32,856 nt of DNA from Octopus bimaculoides. Taxonomy: Eukaryota. Position 1 is the first letter of the stretch; the number at the start of each line of letters is the position of its first letter. Positions 1 through 11,420 of the stretch are shown here, piece by piece. Location: assembly GCF_001194135.2 (NCBI RefSeq), contig NC_068998.1:37537994-37570849 (forward strand). Direction: 5' to 3'. A model generated the notes under the pieces. It saw nothing but the letters and a program-made list of their open reading frames with translations. It ran no database searches and had not been told where the DNA came from. The position numbers were made by a program, and so were the translations under genes.

Positions 1-84
<84 letters not shown>
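1..84. repeat. (CT)n then (CA)n microsatellite
   Basis: Direct reading: pure CT repeat 1-68, CA repeat 69-84. Confidence 0.98.
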
Positions 85-251
85 TATATGTATATGCATG
101 ATGGCTGCAACTCAATTTCGAGTGTTTTGGGATCGCTTGATTTTTCTCTTAAACATGAGCAGCGCGGATGTTACTTTTCAGTCTTTTTACGGACTTGCAC
201 TCTTTTGTATACATGTGCCAACTACAAGCACCTCTTGAAGCACAAGATACT

Positions 252-284
<33 letters not shown>

Positions 285-730
285 CATACGCACACACACA
301 AGCACACACACGCGCGCAAGCACACACCCACACATACACACATACAGACGTAACTTCCGACGACGATCTGGAGTACTTAATTCCTGGATTTCCTTACTAG
401 GATTGCGTTACACCTTTGAATTTCCTCTGAGTACATAAATTTTGTACCTTTGATTGCGAATCTTTTTAATTCGTCCTTGACTCTTTCACTTTTCTTCCTC
501 ATCCTTCACTACCTTGCTCTTTCTTTCACCTCCTCTCTCTCTCTCAGTCTTCTCTATATCTCAACCTCCTCACCATGTCTGACCTTCATTCCTTCCTCCA
601 GTAACTCCACATATTTATCACTCGCTTCCTTTCCAACTTTCCCCCTCAATGCCTACAATCCTTTCAGCCATATAACGACACACGTGCTTTTCTTGAGCTA
701 TTCTTTTCCTTCTCTTTCGCCATTTCTTAT

Positions 731-960
731 TTCTTTATTGCCCACAAGGGGCTAAACATAGAGGGGACAAAGAAGGACAAACAAAGGGATTAAGTCGATT
801 ACATCGACCCCAGTACGTAACTGGTACTTAATTTATCGACCCCGAAGGGATGAAAGGTAAAGTCGACCTCGGCGGAATTTGTGCTCAGAACGTAACGGCA
901 GACGAAATACCACTAAGCATTTCGCCCGGTGTGCTAACGATCCTGACAGCTCACCGCCTT
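731..960 (-). mobile_element. tRNA-derived SINE, family A (octopus-type)
   Basis: Reverse complement reads AAGGCGGTGAGCTGTCAGGATCGTTAGCAC...GTTCTGAGCACAAATTCCGCCGAGGTCGAC...GGGGTCGATAAATTAAGTACCAG...GGGGTCGATGTAATCGAC; Pol III A/B-box-like head; more than 15 related copies in this window. Confidence 0.85.
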
Positions 961-1170
961 TTCTCTCTTTCGCCATTTCTCTCTTCCCTCTTTTTGACAA
1001 AGAGCCATGCTCAAAACGTCGTACTCACTCTTTTTTTTTCTTCTTTTTCTTTTTTTTTGAATCTTAAAAGTTTTCTGAGCGTCAATCTAATATATTCCTC
1101 GTGAATGTCCTTTTGACTTTTATTGTTTTTGCTGCTTTTTGTTTTTAATCCTGACTTACCTATTTTTTTC

Positions 1171-1385
1171 CTTTACTTGTTTCAGTCAGTAGATTGTGGC
1201 CATGCTGGGGCACAGCTTTGAAGAATTTTTAGTTGAATGAATCGATGTTGGTACTTTTATTTTAATTGAGGTACTTATTCTATCGGCCTATTTTCCTGAG
1301 CCGCCAAGTTACAGGGTTGTAAACACATCAGCACCAGTTGTCAAGCAGTAACAGAGGACAAACACAGACACAAAGACACCCACCC

Positions 1386-1400
<15 letters not shown>
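1171..1400 (-). mobile_element. 3' half of SINE family B running into microsatellite
   Basis: Matches the reverse complement of the 3' part of the copy at 15335-15757 (CCGATAGAATAAGTAC...GCATGGCC.CA...GACTGAAACAAGTAAAG). Confidence 0.75.
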
Positions 1401-1416
<16 letters not shown>

Positions 1417-1500
1417 TATATATATTTATACACACACTCACACATACATATGTATGCATATAAACACACACGCATATATATACATATATATAAACATATG

Positions 1501-1540
<40 letters not shown>

Positions 1541-1643
1541 CATTATTAATAAATCATAGTGCAGCAAAAAAATTTTAGAAATTTTATTTACTGCCAGTGG
1601 TCTAGGGAGAAGAAAAAATTAGTCAATAGACTATATATTATTC

Positions 1644-1720
1644 ATTTAAAATACAGAGATGCCTATAATAGGACATCTAACCCTTAGATGTCCTATTATA
1701 GGCATCTCTGCATTTTAAAT
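1644..1720. repeat. 37-bp inverted repeat with 3-nt loop next to an assembly gap
   Basis: ATTTAAAATACAGAGATGCCTATAATAGGACATCTAA-CCC-TTAGATGTCCTATTATAGGCATCTCTGCATTTTAAAT; one mismatch (1653/1711). Confidence 0.95.
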
Positions 1721-1959
1721 ANNNNNNNNNNNNNNNNNNNNNNNNNNNNNNNNNNNNNNNNNNNNNNNNNNNNNNNNNNNNNNNNNNNNNNNNNNNNNNN
1801 NNNNNNNNNNNNNNNNNNNNNNNNNNNNNNNNNNNNNNNNNNNNNNNNNNNNNNNNNNNNNNNNNNNNNNNNNNNNNNNNNNNNNNNNNNNNNNNNNNNN
1901 NNNNNNNNNNNNNNNNNNNNNNNNNNNNNNNNNNNNNNNNNNNNNNNNNNNNNNATATA

Positions 1960-1992
<33 letters not shown>

Positions 1993-2308
1993 GAAGAGTG
2001 TAGGCTCGAAAGACATCTGTTGTTTTGTCCTGTTATTATTCTTACTGTATTTGTGTAACATTATTCGTTTTTTTTCCGTCCTTGTTTTTGTATACATTTG
2101 CCGCTTTCTTCCAAGGAATCTAATGCTCTCAGCTTAGTTTTTCCTTGTGGCTTGCCAGATTGGAGCAATATCGAGAATAACCAGCCGAAATTACAAGGAT
2201 AATCTGGATCTCGACTGAAGAGAGAAAATTCCGAATGACCTGTCCGTGTTTTCTTTGTATCGTCTATCTGTATGTTTTGTTCTTTTCTTGTATCTTGTCT
2301 GATATATA

Positions 2309-2369
2309 ATTCAAAATGGCTGACGACTAGCATCACGCTGGAAACTCAAGAGTACAAACGAATTTGAAT
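2309..2369 (+). ncRNA. Type I hammerhead ribozyme-like motif, probably degenerate
   Basis: AUUCAAA-AUG-G CUGACGA CUAGC-AUCAC-GCUG GAA ACUC-AA-GAGU A / C-AAACGAA-UUUGAAU. Core boxes, stem III and GUA triplet are present; stem II is one nucleotide short and stem I has a large internal loop. Confidence 0.55.
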
Positions 2370-2400
2370 CAAACTCTTTTGATCCAAATATATATATGTA

Positions 2401-2895
2401 CAGTAATCACTCGCCATATCGCGGTTCACCTATCGCGCCCTCAGTACATCGCAGATTTTTCTGGTTAATATATGCTAATTTATATCACCGTCTCCTCAGT
2501 ATATCGCAAATTTCTGCAGCCGATAGATATTTGTATTTTTTTAGATTTTAATCATTTCTGTGATAAAATAAGCATTTTCACGCCTAAAAATTAATAAATT
2601 AATAAATAAAAATAGAGTACAGTACTGCGCTGTATAACACATTTATTAAAATATATTAAAAGAAAATACGTACTGTACCGTAGATGAATAAACAAAGAAT
2701 TGCACATACTGTGTGGAAAACGAAACTCAAGAGGCGAGTGTGTGGTGTTGTTTTCCATTTATAATAAAATAAATATATACAAATTATAAAAATAATTTTA
2801 AAAATATACAGCACAATACTGTTTCTCCAACACGGATTATTACCTGTTGCGGAGGCTTTTGGAACGTAACACCCACAATAATCGAAGGATTACTA
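2401..2895. mobile_element. pogo/Tigger-type MITE
   Basis: TA|CAGTAATCACTCGCCATATCGCGG ... CCCACAATAATCGAAGGATTACTA|TA; imperfect ~24-bp TIRs of Tigger type, TA flanks, AT-rich non-coding interior. Confidence 0.75.
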
Positions 2896-2921
2896 TATTA
2901 TATATATATATATAGGAAAAT

Positions 2922-2981
<60 letters not shown>

Positions 2982-5900
2982 GCACCTGAATCAGTCAGAG
3001 AGTGCTGAAGTGTTTCGATATGAAGGAAAAGTCAAATCCACCAAACGAATGTTAATATAGCACTGTATGTCAACGGTGACGGTCAATTTAAGCAACTTTA
3101 TCGCAGTTATACATTCTCCTTAATACATACGGAAAATGGTATGCAACAGTGTCTAAATTTCTGGAATCGAAATGTCATCGCAGATTTCGCTCCTCTGGAC
3201 TCTAATTCTTGTTCTTTCAGTACTAGCAACATAAATTATTTAGGTAGACATTGTTGTCTTTCTGCAGTAAAATGTGAGATTTTTCATTCAAGAAACTATC
3301 ATATACCTCTGTCCCAGTACATCAAAGTTTCGTATTTAACCTTGATTATATGAGAAATCAGTATTGTAACCATTTGAAATATATCATTGGTTGTAGAGAG
3401 AAGGTACATTCCTTTACGACCAGATTTCAAATTGATTGCTTTTTTTGACTCTGCTCTTTACTCTTTGATAACAATGTATAACACGAGTTTTGTCCTTGAG
3501 TAGCAACTGCCATTTCCTATTTGATTTTATTGCATTTATTCATACCCAAAAGAATCCCTCTCAACGCATGGATATGATTCTTCCCCTCTACCTCAATACT
3601 CCTGCTCACGATCAGAGGCGCACATATTATCAGCCACCAAGGGACATGCTCAAGTGGTTAAAGTCAAGCAACTGACAAGCAAATCTGTAGTATAGAGCGG
3701 GATATTTGCTATAATGATATTTCTGCTTCAACAACTCAGGGCTGAGTTTGTCTGAAATGTAATGGAAAATCGGCCAGTTTCAAAACATTGATGTCCAGGT
3801 CAGAAAAGCAAAGTTTAAAAGGAATAATAGATAATAGTCTTCGATTTCTATTATAGATAGAAGCAAATAGGAAATAACACTTACTGACCAAAGACAAAAA
3901 GCTAATAAAAATTTTGTTGCACTCTTTAACAAACGATCTGGGATTACATCTACTTTAATTGCTAGAAAGGAACTAGTTCATTAATGAATTACATCGGCAA
4001 ATGAGTTGATTATTCGAGTGATTGTTTTTATTGGGATAATTGACAGGTGATATGCTTCTAAAAGACGAAGTGATAGTCTTTGCCTTTTATCCTACCAGGA
4101 TAGCGATAAAAAAATATGTACCAGTCAAATACTGAACAGGTTTGACTTGATCTACTTCAATGTTCTCGTAAAATTTCTGGTCCCGTGTCTAAATCAGACA
4201 GAAGACTTCGTTACAGAGGTTCTCTAATTTCCTCTTGCAATTTTAATTCCCGTCTATGGTATCTATTTGTAGCTTATTTGTTCTTTAGCCTCATATCTGT
4301 CTTAATTGAGCTGACTTATAATCACAATCATTCCTACTGTGACACAGTACATCTGGGACTAAATTAGTCAAAGTATACAACAAATTAAAGACGATACAGA
4401 GAGATTTCAGGGAGATTTTACTGTGATATTTTTTTTTTATGTCAAAGCAGTCATTGAGACGTCTTCCTAACTCTTTGGCTGGTGAATCGAGTCTGTAAGA
4501 TAATCAAAAACATGAATTATTAACATTATTTTAATTTCCTGTATGTCAGTTAAAACGTAGGTGGTTAATAAAAAGAAAGAGAGAGAGAGAGAGAGTGGGG
4601 GGGGGGAACAGCCAACAAATCAAGGAAGACAACTCAGTTATATTTTTATGATTGAAGCTTTCAATAATTTTTCAATTTGTGCGTAGGTGGGAATAAATAT
4701 TTCACAATATATTGATTAGCTTTCGATCGATTTTCCATCGAAACCTTCTAGTGTAGTAATAATTCTAATTATAGTCACAATCTTGGAAAATAAAGCTAGG
4801 TGTTTAAGGTAGGTTTAATCAATATAGTGTATGATAACTTTTTGTTCTTGTATTTTTATTTTTGCAATTTTTTTTCTTTCTATTTTTTTTTTATGTCTGT
4901 CCATCTTATCTCTCTGTGTGTATGTATAATAATATCTTTTGTTACACATACACAGACACACAAACACAGATACGCCTATATTCGAACGCTCATACACAGG
5001 TTCACACTGTTTTGTCTCTCTCTTTTGAACTCCCTTTCTCTCATTTTTCTTTTTCTATTCTCATTCTATGACATTTACGCAAACGTGCGCGTACACACAC
5101 ACACACACACTTGCACGAACTTGCATTCACACTTCCGCTAACACAGTCGCACGCTACACTTTCACACACACACATACATACACACTCACTTTCTACGTCT
5201 TTGTCCGTCTCTCTTTCTTACTTTTTCTTTTTCCTAGTCTCGCCCTTCTCTGACTGTCATTCTCTCTTTTTTCAGTCGCTTTCCCTCACACTTCCACACT
5301 TCACACACACACACCAACACGTTCAGTCACACTTTTAGAAACAGACTTTCGAACNNNNNNNNNNNNNNNNNNNNNNNNNNNNNNNNNNNNNNNNNNNNNN
5401 NNNNNNNNNNNNNNNNNNNNNNNNNNNNNNNNNNNNNNNNNNNNNNNNNNNNNNNNNNNNNNNNNNNNNNNNNNNNNNNNNNNNNNNNNNNNNNNNNNNN
5501 NNNNNNNNNNNNNNNNNNNNNNNNNNNNNNNNNNNNNNNNNNNNNNNNNNNNNNNNNNNNNNNNNNNNNNNNNNNNNNNNNNNNNNNNNNNNNNNNNNNN
5601 NNNNNNNNNNNNNNNNNNNNNNNNNNNNNNNNNNNNNNNNNNNNNNNNNNNNNNNNNNNNNNNNNNNNNNNNNNNNNNNNNNNNNNNNNNNNNNNNNNNN
5701 NNNNNNNNNNNNNNNNNNNNNNNNNNNNNNNNNNNNNNNNNNNNNNNNNNNNNNNNNNNNNNNNNNNNNNNNNNNNNNNNNNNNNNNNNNNNNNNNNNNN
5801 NNNNNNNNNNNNNNNNNNNNNNNNNNNNNNNNNNNNNNNNNNNNNNNNNNNNNNNNNNNNNNNNNNNNNNNNNNNNNNNNNNNNNNNNNNNNNNNNNNNN

Positions 5901-6088
5901 NNNNNNNNNNNNNNNNNNNNNNNNNNNNNNNNNNNNNNNNNNNNNNNNNNNNNNNNNNNNNNNNNNNNNNNNNNNNNNNNNNNNNNNNNNNNNNNNNNNN
6001 NNNNNNNNNNNNNNNNNNNNNNNNNNNNNNNNNNNNNNNNNNNNNNNNNNNNNNNNNNNNNNNNNNNNNNNNNNNNNNNNNNNNNNNN

Positions 6089-6131
<43 letters not shown>

Positions 6132-6315
6132 CCCTTCATCTTCTCTTTCTACCTCTCTCCCTCACTTATTTCCTTTAATTCCATCTTCAGCTCATCTTCC
6201 TCTCTCTCTCTGTATACTATTCCTGTAATTCTTCATAGATTTTCTATTCCTTCCTTTCTGGTCTTTTTTTTTTCTTTTTCATTTCTTTTCTTACCAAACT
6301 TTCACTCATCTTCGC

Positions 6316-7520
6316 CACCACCACCACCACCACCACCATTCGCTATCAATCCCATTGCTATTACTTTTACTACACTTACTATTACCATTGACATACCACA
6401 TATATAAAAATACGTCAAATATTTCCACCACAGCAACGACCACCATCACCGCCTCCACCAAAAGTACCAACAACAACAGCCACAACAACAAGTCACCACC
6501 ACCATTAGACTACCAACTCTGCTAACACCATTTCTACCAATGAATAATCTTTACCATCACTACCACCACCACCAACAACAACAACAATAAAAACATCAAC
6601 AACGGCAGTCACCACTACCATCGCAGTCACTACCATTGCCAAGACCACCATGACTATCACTCCCAACAACTACAACAGCAACAACGGCAATCACCACTAC
6701 CATCGCGACTACCAGCTCTACGAATACCATCGCTATCAGCACCAATAACAACGACAACAGCCGTCTCCACCATCATTACCAACTCCACCAACACCAACAT
6801 CTCCACCTCTACCACAACTACCACTACCACCACTACCACTATCACCACTACCACAACCACCGTTACCACCACTACCACAATCACCACTACCACCTCTATT
6901 ACAACCACCACTACCGCAACCACCACTTTTACCACTACCATCGCTACCACCACCACTATCACAATCACCACTATCACTTCTATCACCACTACCACTACCA
7001 CCTCTACCACAACCACCACTACGACCACTACAACAACCACCATTATCGCCACTACCACAACCACCGCTACCACCCCTACCACAACCACCACTAGCAACAT
7101 TACCACCACTACCACAACTACCACTATCACCATCTCTCCTACCATCATTACCGCAACTACTATTTCTTCCACTAACACAACCACTGCTACCATCCCTACC
7201 ACAACCACCACTACCACAACCACCACTGACACCACCACCTCTCCTACCATCACTACCACAACCACCACTCCTTCCATTACCACTCCTTCCACTACCACAA
7301 CCACCCCTACCATAACCACCACTACCACCACTACTGCCACCACTATAACCACGACCATCATCCCCCTCAACACCGACAGCAAGAGCAGCAGTCTTCGCCA
7401 CCTCCATCAACAGCATTTCCTCTAATGGTTCTATTACCATTATCACTACCAACACCGCCAACAGAACCATCGCTACCAGTACTATACACACTACTAGCAA
7501 CATCATCATCATCATTGTCA
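6316..7520. repeat. Compound degenerate (ACC/ACT/ACA/CAA) trinucleotide repeat
   Basis: Direct reading; recurring ACTACCACAACCACC unit; explains the Val-rich and Gly/Ser-rich minus-strand ORFs. Confidence 0.9.
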
Positions 7521-7531
7521 CCGTCCACCAA

Positions 7532-7924
7532 TTGTTGTTGTTGTTGGCACTCCGTCGCTTACGACGTCGAGGGTTCCAGTTGATCCGATCAACGGAACAG
7601 CCTGCTCGTGAAATTAACGTGCAAGTGGCTGAGCACTCCACAGACACGTGTACCCTTAAACGTAGTTCTCGGGGATATTCAGCGTGACACAGTGTGACAA
7701 GGCTGGCCCTTCAAAATACAGGCACAACAGAAACAGGAAGTAAGAGTGAGAGAAAGTTGTGGTGAAAGAGTACAGCAGGGTTCGCCACCATCCCCTGCCG
7801 GAGCCTCGTGGGGCTTTAGCTGTTTTCGCTCAATAAACACTCACAACGCCCGGTCTGGGAATCGAAACCGCGATCCTATGACCGCGAGTCCGAAGCTCTA
7901 ACCACTGGGCCATTGCGCCTCCAC
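7532..7924 (-). mobile_element. Full-length tRNA-derived SINE, family C, with (CAA)n tail and TSD
   Basis: Minus strand starts GTGGAGGCGCAATGGCCCAGTGGTTAGAGC...GGTTTCGATTCCCAGACC (A and B boxes) and ends GTGCC(AAC)4. Direct repeat CACCGTCCACCAAT at 7519-7532 and 7922-7935. Confidence 0.9.
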
Positions 7925-7974
7925 CGTCCACCAATACAACAACCATAATGAACCAACAAAGGAACCCGAATGTG

Positions 7975-8165
7975 ATTGTTTGATTTACTAGAAATAACAA
8001 CCAAATGTAACTCAAATCGCGTCCCATTATCTATACTAAAGGATACAATGAATAATGTAGGCCTTTGTATAAAAAAAAAGTAGAGATCGGTTGGCCAAGG
8101 CTGGATTGTCTTTGATCATTGACCCGTTCAGTGAGAGCTGACTTGGGGTTAAACAACAACGACGA
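7975..8165 (+). mobile_element. Decayed interspersed repeat with (CAA)n tail
   Basis: 3' end CTGACTTGGGGTTAAACAACAAC and an internal CCAAAT...CTCAAAT segment are shared with an opposite-strand copy at about 29810-30010. Confidence 0.5.
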
Positions 8166-8291
8166 CGAAACAAAATGGTATAAACACCATCATGGAGCCT
8201 AGAATGCGGTCGCTAGAACAGCTCGACATAGTAGCCCAATCTCAGTCATATCAATGCAAAAGAGGGCATATTGTACAAGGCAGTTCTGAAA

Positions 8292-8650
8292 AGGTCGGCG
8301 AGCTGGCCGAATCGTTAGCACGCTGAACGAAATGCTTAGGGAGTGGGGCCCATGCGTCCATTTTCCTTTTTTCATTTTTATATAACTTTCATTTCATTTA
8401 CATTCGTTTTATGTTTTTTGTCCACACTGTGGTCTTGTCTGTCCTTGTAGTGTCCCCATCTATGTTTAGGGCTTTATGCCTAATAAAGAAACCGGTATTT
8501 CGCCCGTCCCTGCGTTCTGAGTTAAAATACCGCCGAGGCCGACTTTGCCATTCATTCTTTCGGGGTCGGCAAAATAAGTACCAGTGAAACAATGGGGTCG
8601 ATGCAATCAATTAGTTCCCTCCCCCGAAATTTCAGTCTATGGTAGAAAGG
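8292..8650 (+). mobile_element. SINE family A with 15-bp TSD, interrupted by a ~150-bp insertion
   Basis: Family A head and body are split at about 8340-8491; TSD AAGG(C/T)AGTTCTGAAA at 8277-8291 and 8647-8661. Confidence 0.85.
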
Positions 8651-8828
8651 TAGTTCTGAAATGAAGAAAACCCGTAAAGCAAAGGACAGGGTGGTCACGG
8701 TTGAAAGACTTTTGATGATTTGATCAGTGCTGACCGAGAGTTAAACAATAACTATAACAACAATAACAGCAATGCATTCATTATTGCAACCATTAGAACT
8801 GCGGGCGGATATCACGTTTAGTTTAGAT

Positions 8829-9071
8829 CTGTGGTTCTCAACCATTTTTTTATCCAGGATTCCTGTTTTATTCAGACAGACCCCTCAGCCATTCGATGTT
8901 TTAAAAATCCTATTATATTTTTATAATTAAATATTATTAGGAATTGTATTTAAAAAATTGTTAAAATGCTTTGTGTACTGTAAAAGTATAACCAATTTAT
9001 TGCAGATAAATTTTAATAACAAAATTTTGTGGACCCCCAAGGGCCAAATGGACCCTGGTTGCAGACCACTG
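8829..9071. mobile_element. hAT (Charlie/MER5-like) MITE
   Basis: TIRs CTGTGGTTCTCAACC ... GGTTGCAGACCACTG; 8-bp flanks GTTTAGAT / GTTTAGGC, an imperfect 8-bp TSD typical of hAT. Confidence 0.75.
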
Positions 9072-9120
9072 GTTTAGGCAAACGTTAGACAGTATTAATA
9101 TGAGCGCGCTTACATACGCG

Positions 9121-9175
<55 letters not shown>

Positions 9176-9379
9176 GCACTTATACACACATACGCGCTTA
9201 TACACTTAAAAAACACATATGCACACACACACACACACAAGCACACACACATGCACACAAATAAACAAACATACATGCGTGCATGCGCGACAAAATTGTA
9301 TCAGCAGCAACATCAAGAGCTCCACTAACCCCAAACAAATAATATACTGAGATCCACCGCAAGCTCCAGTCCTTGTTGC

Positions 9380-9720
9380 AATATGGTGGCTTGCATGCCT
9401 CAACGACCCTGAGAGCTATACTGGCCGAATGCAAGCCCTTACATAGTAGAGCCTCACATACTGGACAGGTCAAAGGATAGAGGCCAGAGTAATATGGACT
9501 ATCTCTTCTCAAAGGTAAAAATGAGTTTGCATCGGGACAAAACCCCATTCATAGAAAAAACGCAAAGTTACAGACGCATTGATGACAATTCAAACCGAAA
9601 ATATCTAACTCAAGGGACTGAATGAAAAGAGCCCAGTGTTGAGAGGTCATCGGTGGACATTGCTTCATAAGGAACGTAGAGCTTATCAAACTATGCTGGG
9701 ATGCTGACCAACATTGATAT
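9380..9720 (+). mobile_element. Possible 5' UTR relic of an RTE-clade LINE
   Basis: GGTGGCTTGCATGCCTCAACGACCCTGAGAGCTATACTGGC...GGACAGGTCAAAGGATAGAGGCCAGA resembles RTE/Expander 5' ends as I remember them; no protein support. Confidence 0.35.
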
Positions 9721-10316
9721 ATGAAGATGTATGGCAATTCACATCTTCTGAGGAAGTCTATATTGTTTCATTATCATATAGTTTTTATTATCATTTACAA
9801 TCCGAAAAGTTGATCTGTTTGTCTCTTCCTTTCAGTGTAAAATATAGCATTTTGCTCTGTCGTTTATTTCTTTACTGTTATTTATATACTTATTAATTTC
9901 TTGGATTCAGAAATTTGGATTTCATTATTATGTTGGCATTTAAAAAAATGAAATTTAAGCAACAAAACCGGCAACAGTCATCAAATTAACGGTAGCCGTT
10001 GAAATAGATTGCGTACAAATACCGAACAAAATGTTTCGCGATGTTTGCGTTTTCGTTCTTTCATTTTAAATGCAATATCTTGACCAAGACACTTATTAAT
10101 TTACAAGCAGGTGTTCATAAAGAAAAAAACTCAATTCTGCCTGTAGATTCTATTAAATCTTGAAAATGAAATATATTTTAATAAATACAGACTTTAATCT
10201 TTCAGTGTATGTATACATTTGTTGAGGAACAACCTCAATATATTGAACCAGATATTGAAAACTGATCTAGTGAAGATGTTCATGGAATATATTATGTAAT
10301 ATTAATATGGTGGTAT

Positions 10317-10528
10317 AAGGCGGGGAGCTGGCAGAAGTGTTAGCATGACGGGCAGAATGCATAGCGACGTTTTGTTTGTCTTCACGTTCTTAGTTCAAAT
10401 TCCGCTGAGGCCGACTTTGCCTTTCATGAGTTTATAATATAAGTACCAGTTAAACACTGGAGTCGATGTAATCGACTTGCCCGCACTCCACCCCACGTTG
10501 CTGGCTTTGTGCCAAAATTTGAAATCAA
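10317..10528 (+). mobile_element. SINE family A
   Basis: AAGGCGGGGAGCTGGCAGAAGTGTTAGCA...AGTTCAAATTCCGCTGAGGCCGAC...GTGCCAAAATTTGAAATC. Confidence 0.85.
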
Positions 10529-10539
10529 TATTATATACA

Positions 10540-10755
10540 GTTTCCAAATTTTGGCATAAGGCAAATAATTTTGGCAAAGGAGGTAAGCCGATTACATTGA
10601 CCCCGGCACTCAACTTTTATTTATTTCCTCGATCCTACAAAAGGATGAAAGACAAAGTCGACTTCGGTCAGATTTGAATTCAGAACGTAAGGATAGACGT
10701 AGTGCTGCTAAGCATTTTGCCCGGCATGGTAACGATTCTGCCATTTCACTGCCTT
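10540..10755 (-). mobile_element. SINE family A, tail-to-tail with the previous copy
   Basis: Reverse complement matches the family A consensus over its full length. Confidence 0.85.
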
Positions 10756-10839
10756 TATAAGTTATGTCATATTATATCTTATTATATAAAGGCAAGTTGT
10801 TTAATTTTCCGTTCTGCATATGATTTAGCTCAGGATAAC

Positions 10840-11420
10840 AGGTCGTATGTTGATTACTTTGGCTAAACAGGAATTTAAGAAGAAAAATTATAGTGGAATA
10901 GGAATTGGATTACATTCCTGCACTAGTGCTGCAGAGATAATTAATCACATAACCATTAATATGAAAATGAACATTTGCCAGAGTAACAAGCATATAAATG
11001 AAAAATTCATGTTCTCATTGATGAATCAATGAATCTGGGTATTAAGACTGCCCTAATAGTTTATTTGAAATGTGATAAAGAAGGTAATCTCCCGTGTTTT
11101 GAGACCTGATTGAACTGACTAATTAGAAAGCTACAACTATTGCTAATAATCTATTGAACTGCCTCATCAGCTATGTGTTTGATAGCTATTAACGAAACAG
11201 AACCTTGTAGCATTTGCTTGTGACAAGCCGAACATAAATCTTGGTGTCAAATCTTGTGCTGCTGTTAAATCTAGAACTGCAACACTTCTCAATAAACATT
11301 GTTCTGATGTGATCATTTGGCAGTCTTAATCAGTGATCAGAAATTTCAGCAGGCGGTTCTATGACAGAAGTTCATGGAATTAATAATTTTCAGTCATTTG
11401 CAGATAATTCGTAGTAAAAT
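10840..11420 (+). pseudogene. Decayed hAT transposase (KIAA1586/ZNF862-like group)
   Basis: Across frameshifts and stops: LHSCTSAAEIINHIT...KIHVLIDESMNLGIKTALIVYLKC...DLIELT..KATTIANNLLNCL...QNLVAFACD...VIIW. IDES and FACD are the first two catalytic Asp motifs of the hAT DDE core. Confidence 0.75.

Noticed and set aside
7840-7924. Functional tRNA gene
   Set aside because: It is the tRNA-derived head of a SINE with body, tail and TSD; the same applies to the heads of families A, B and D.
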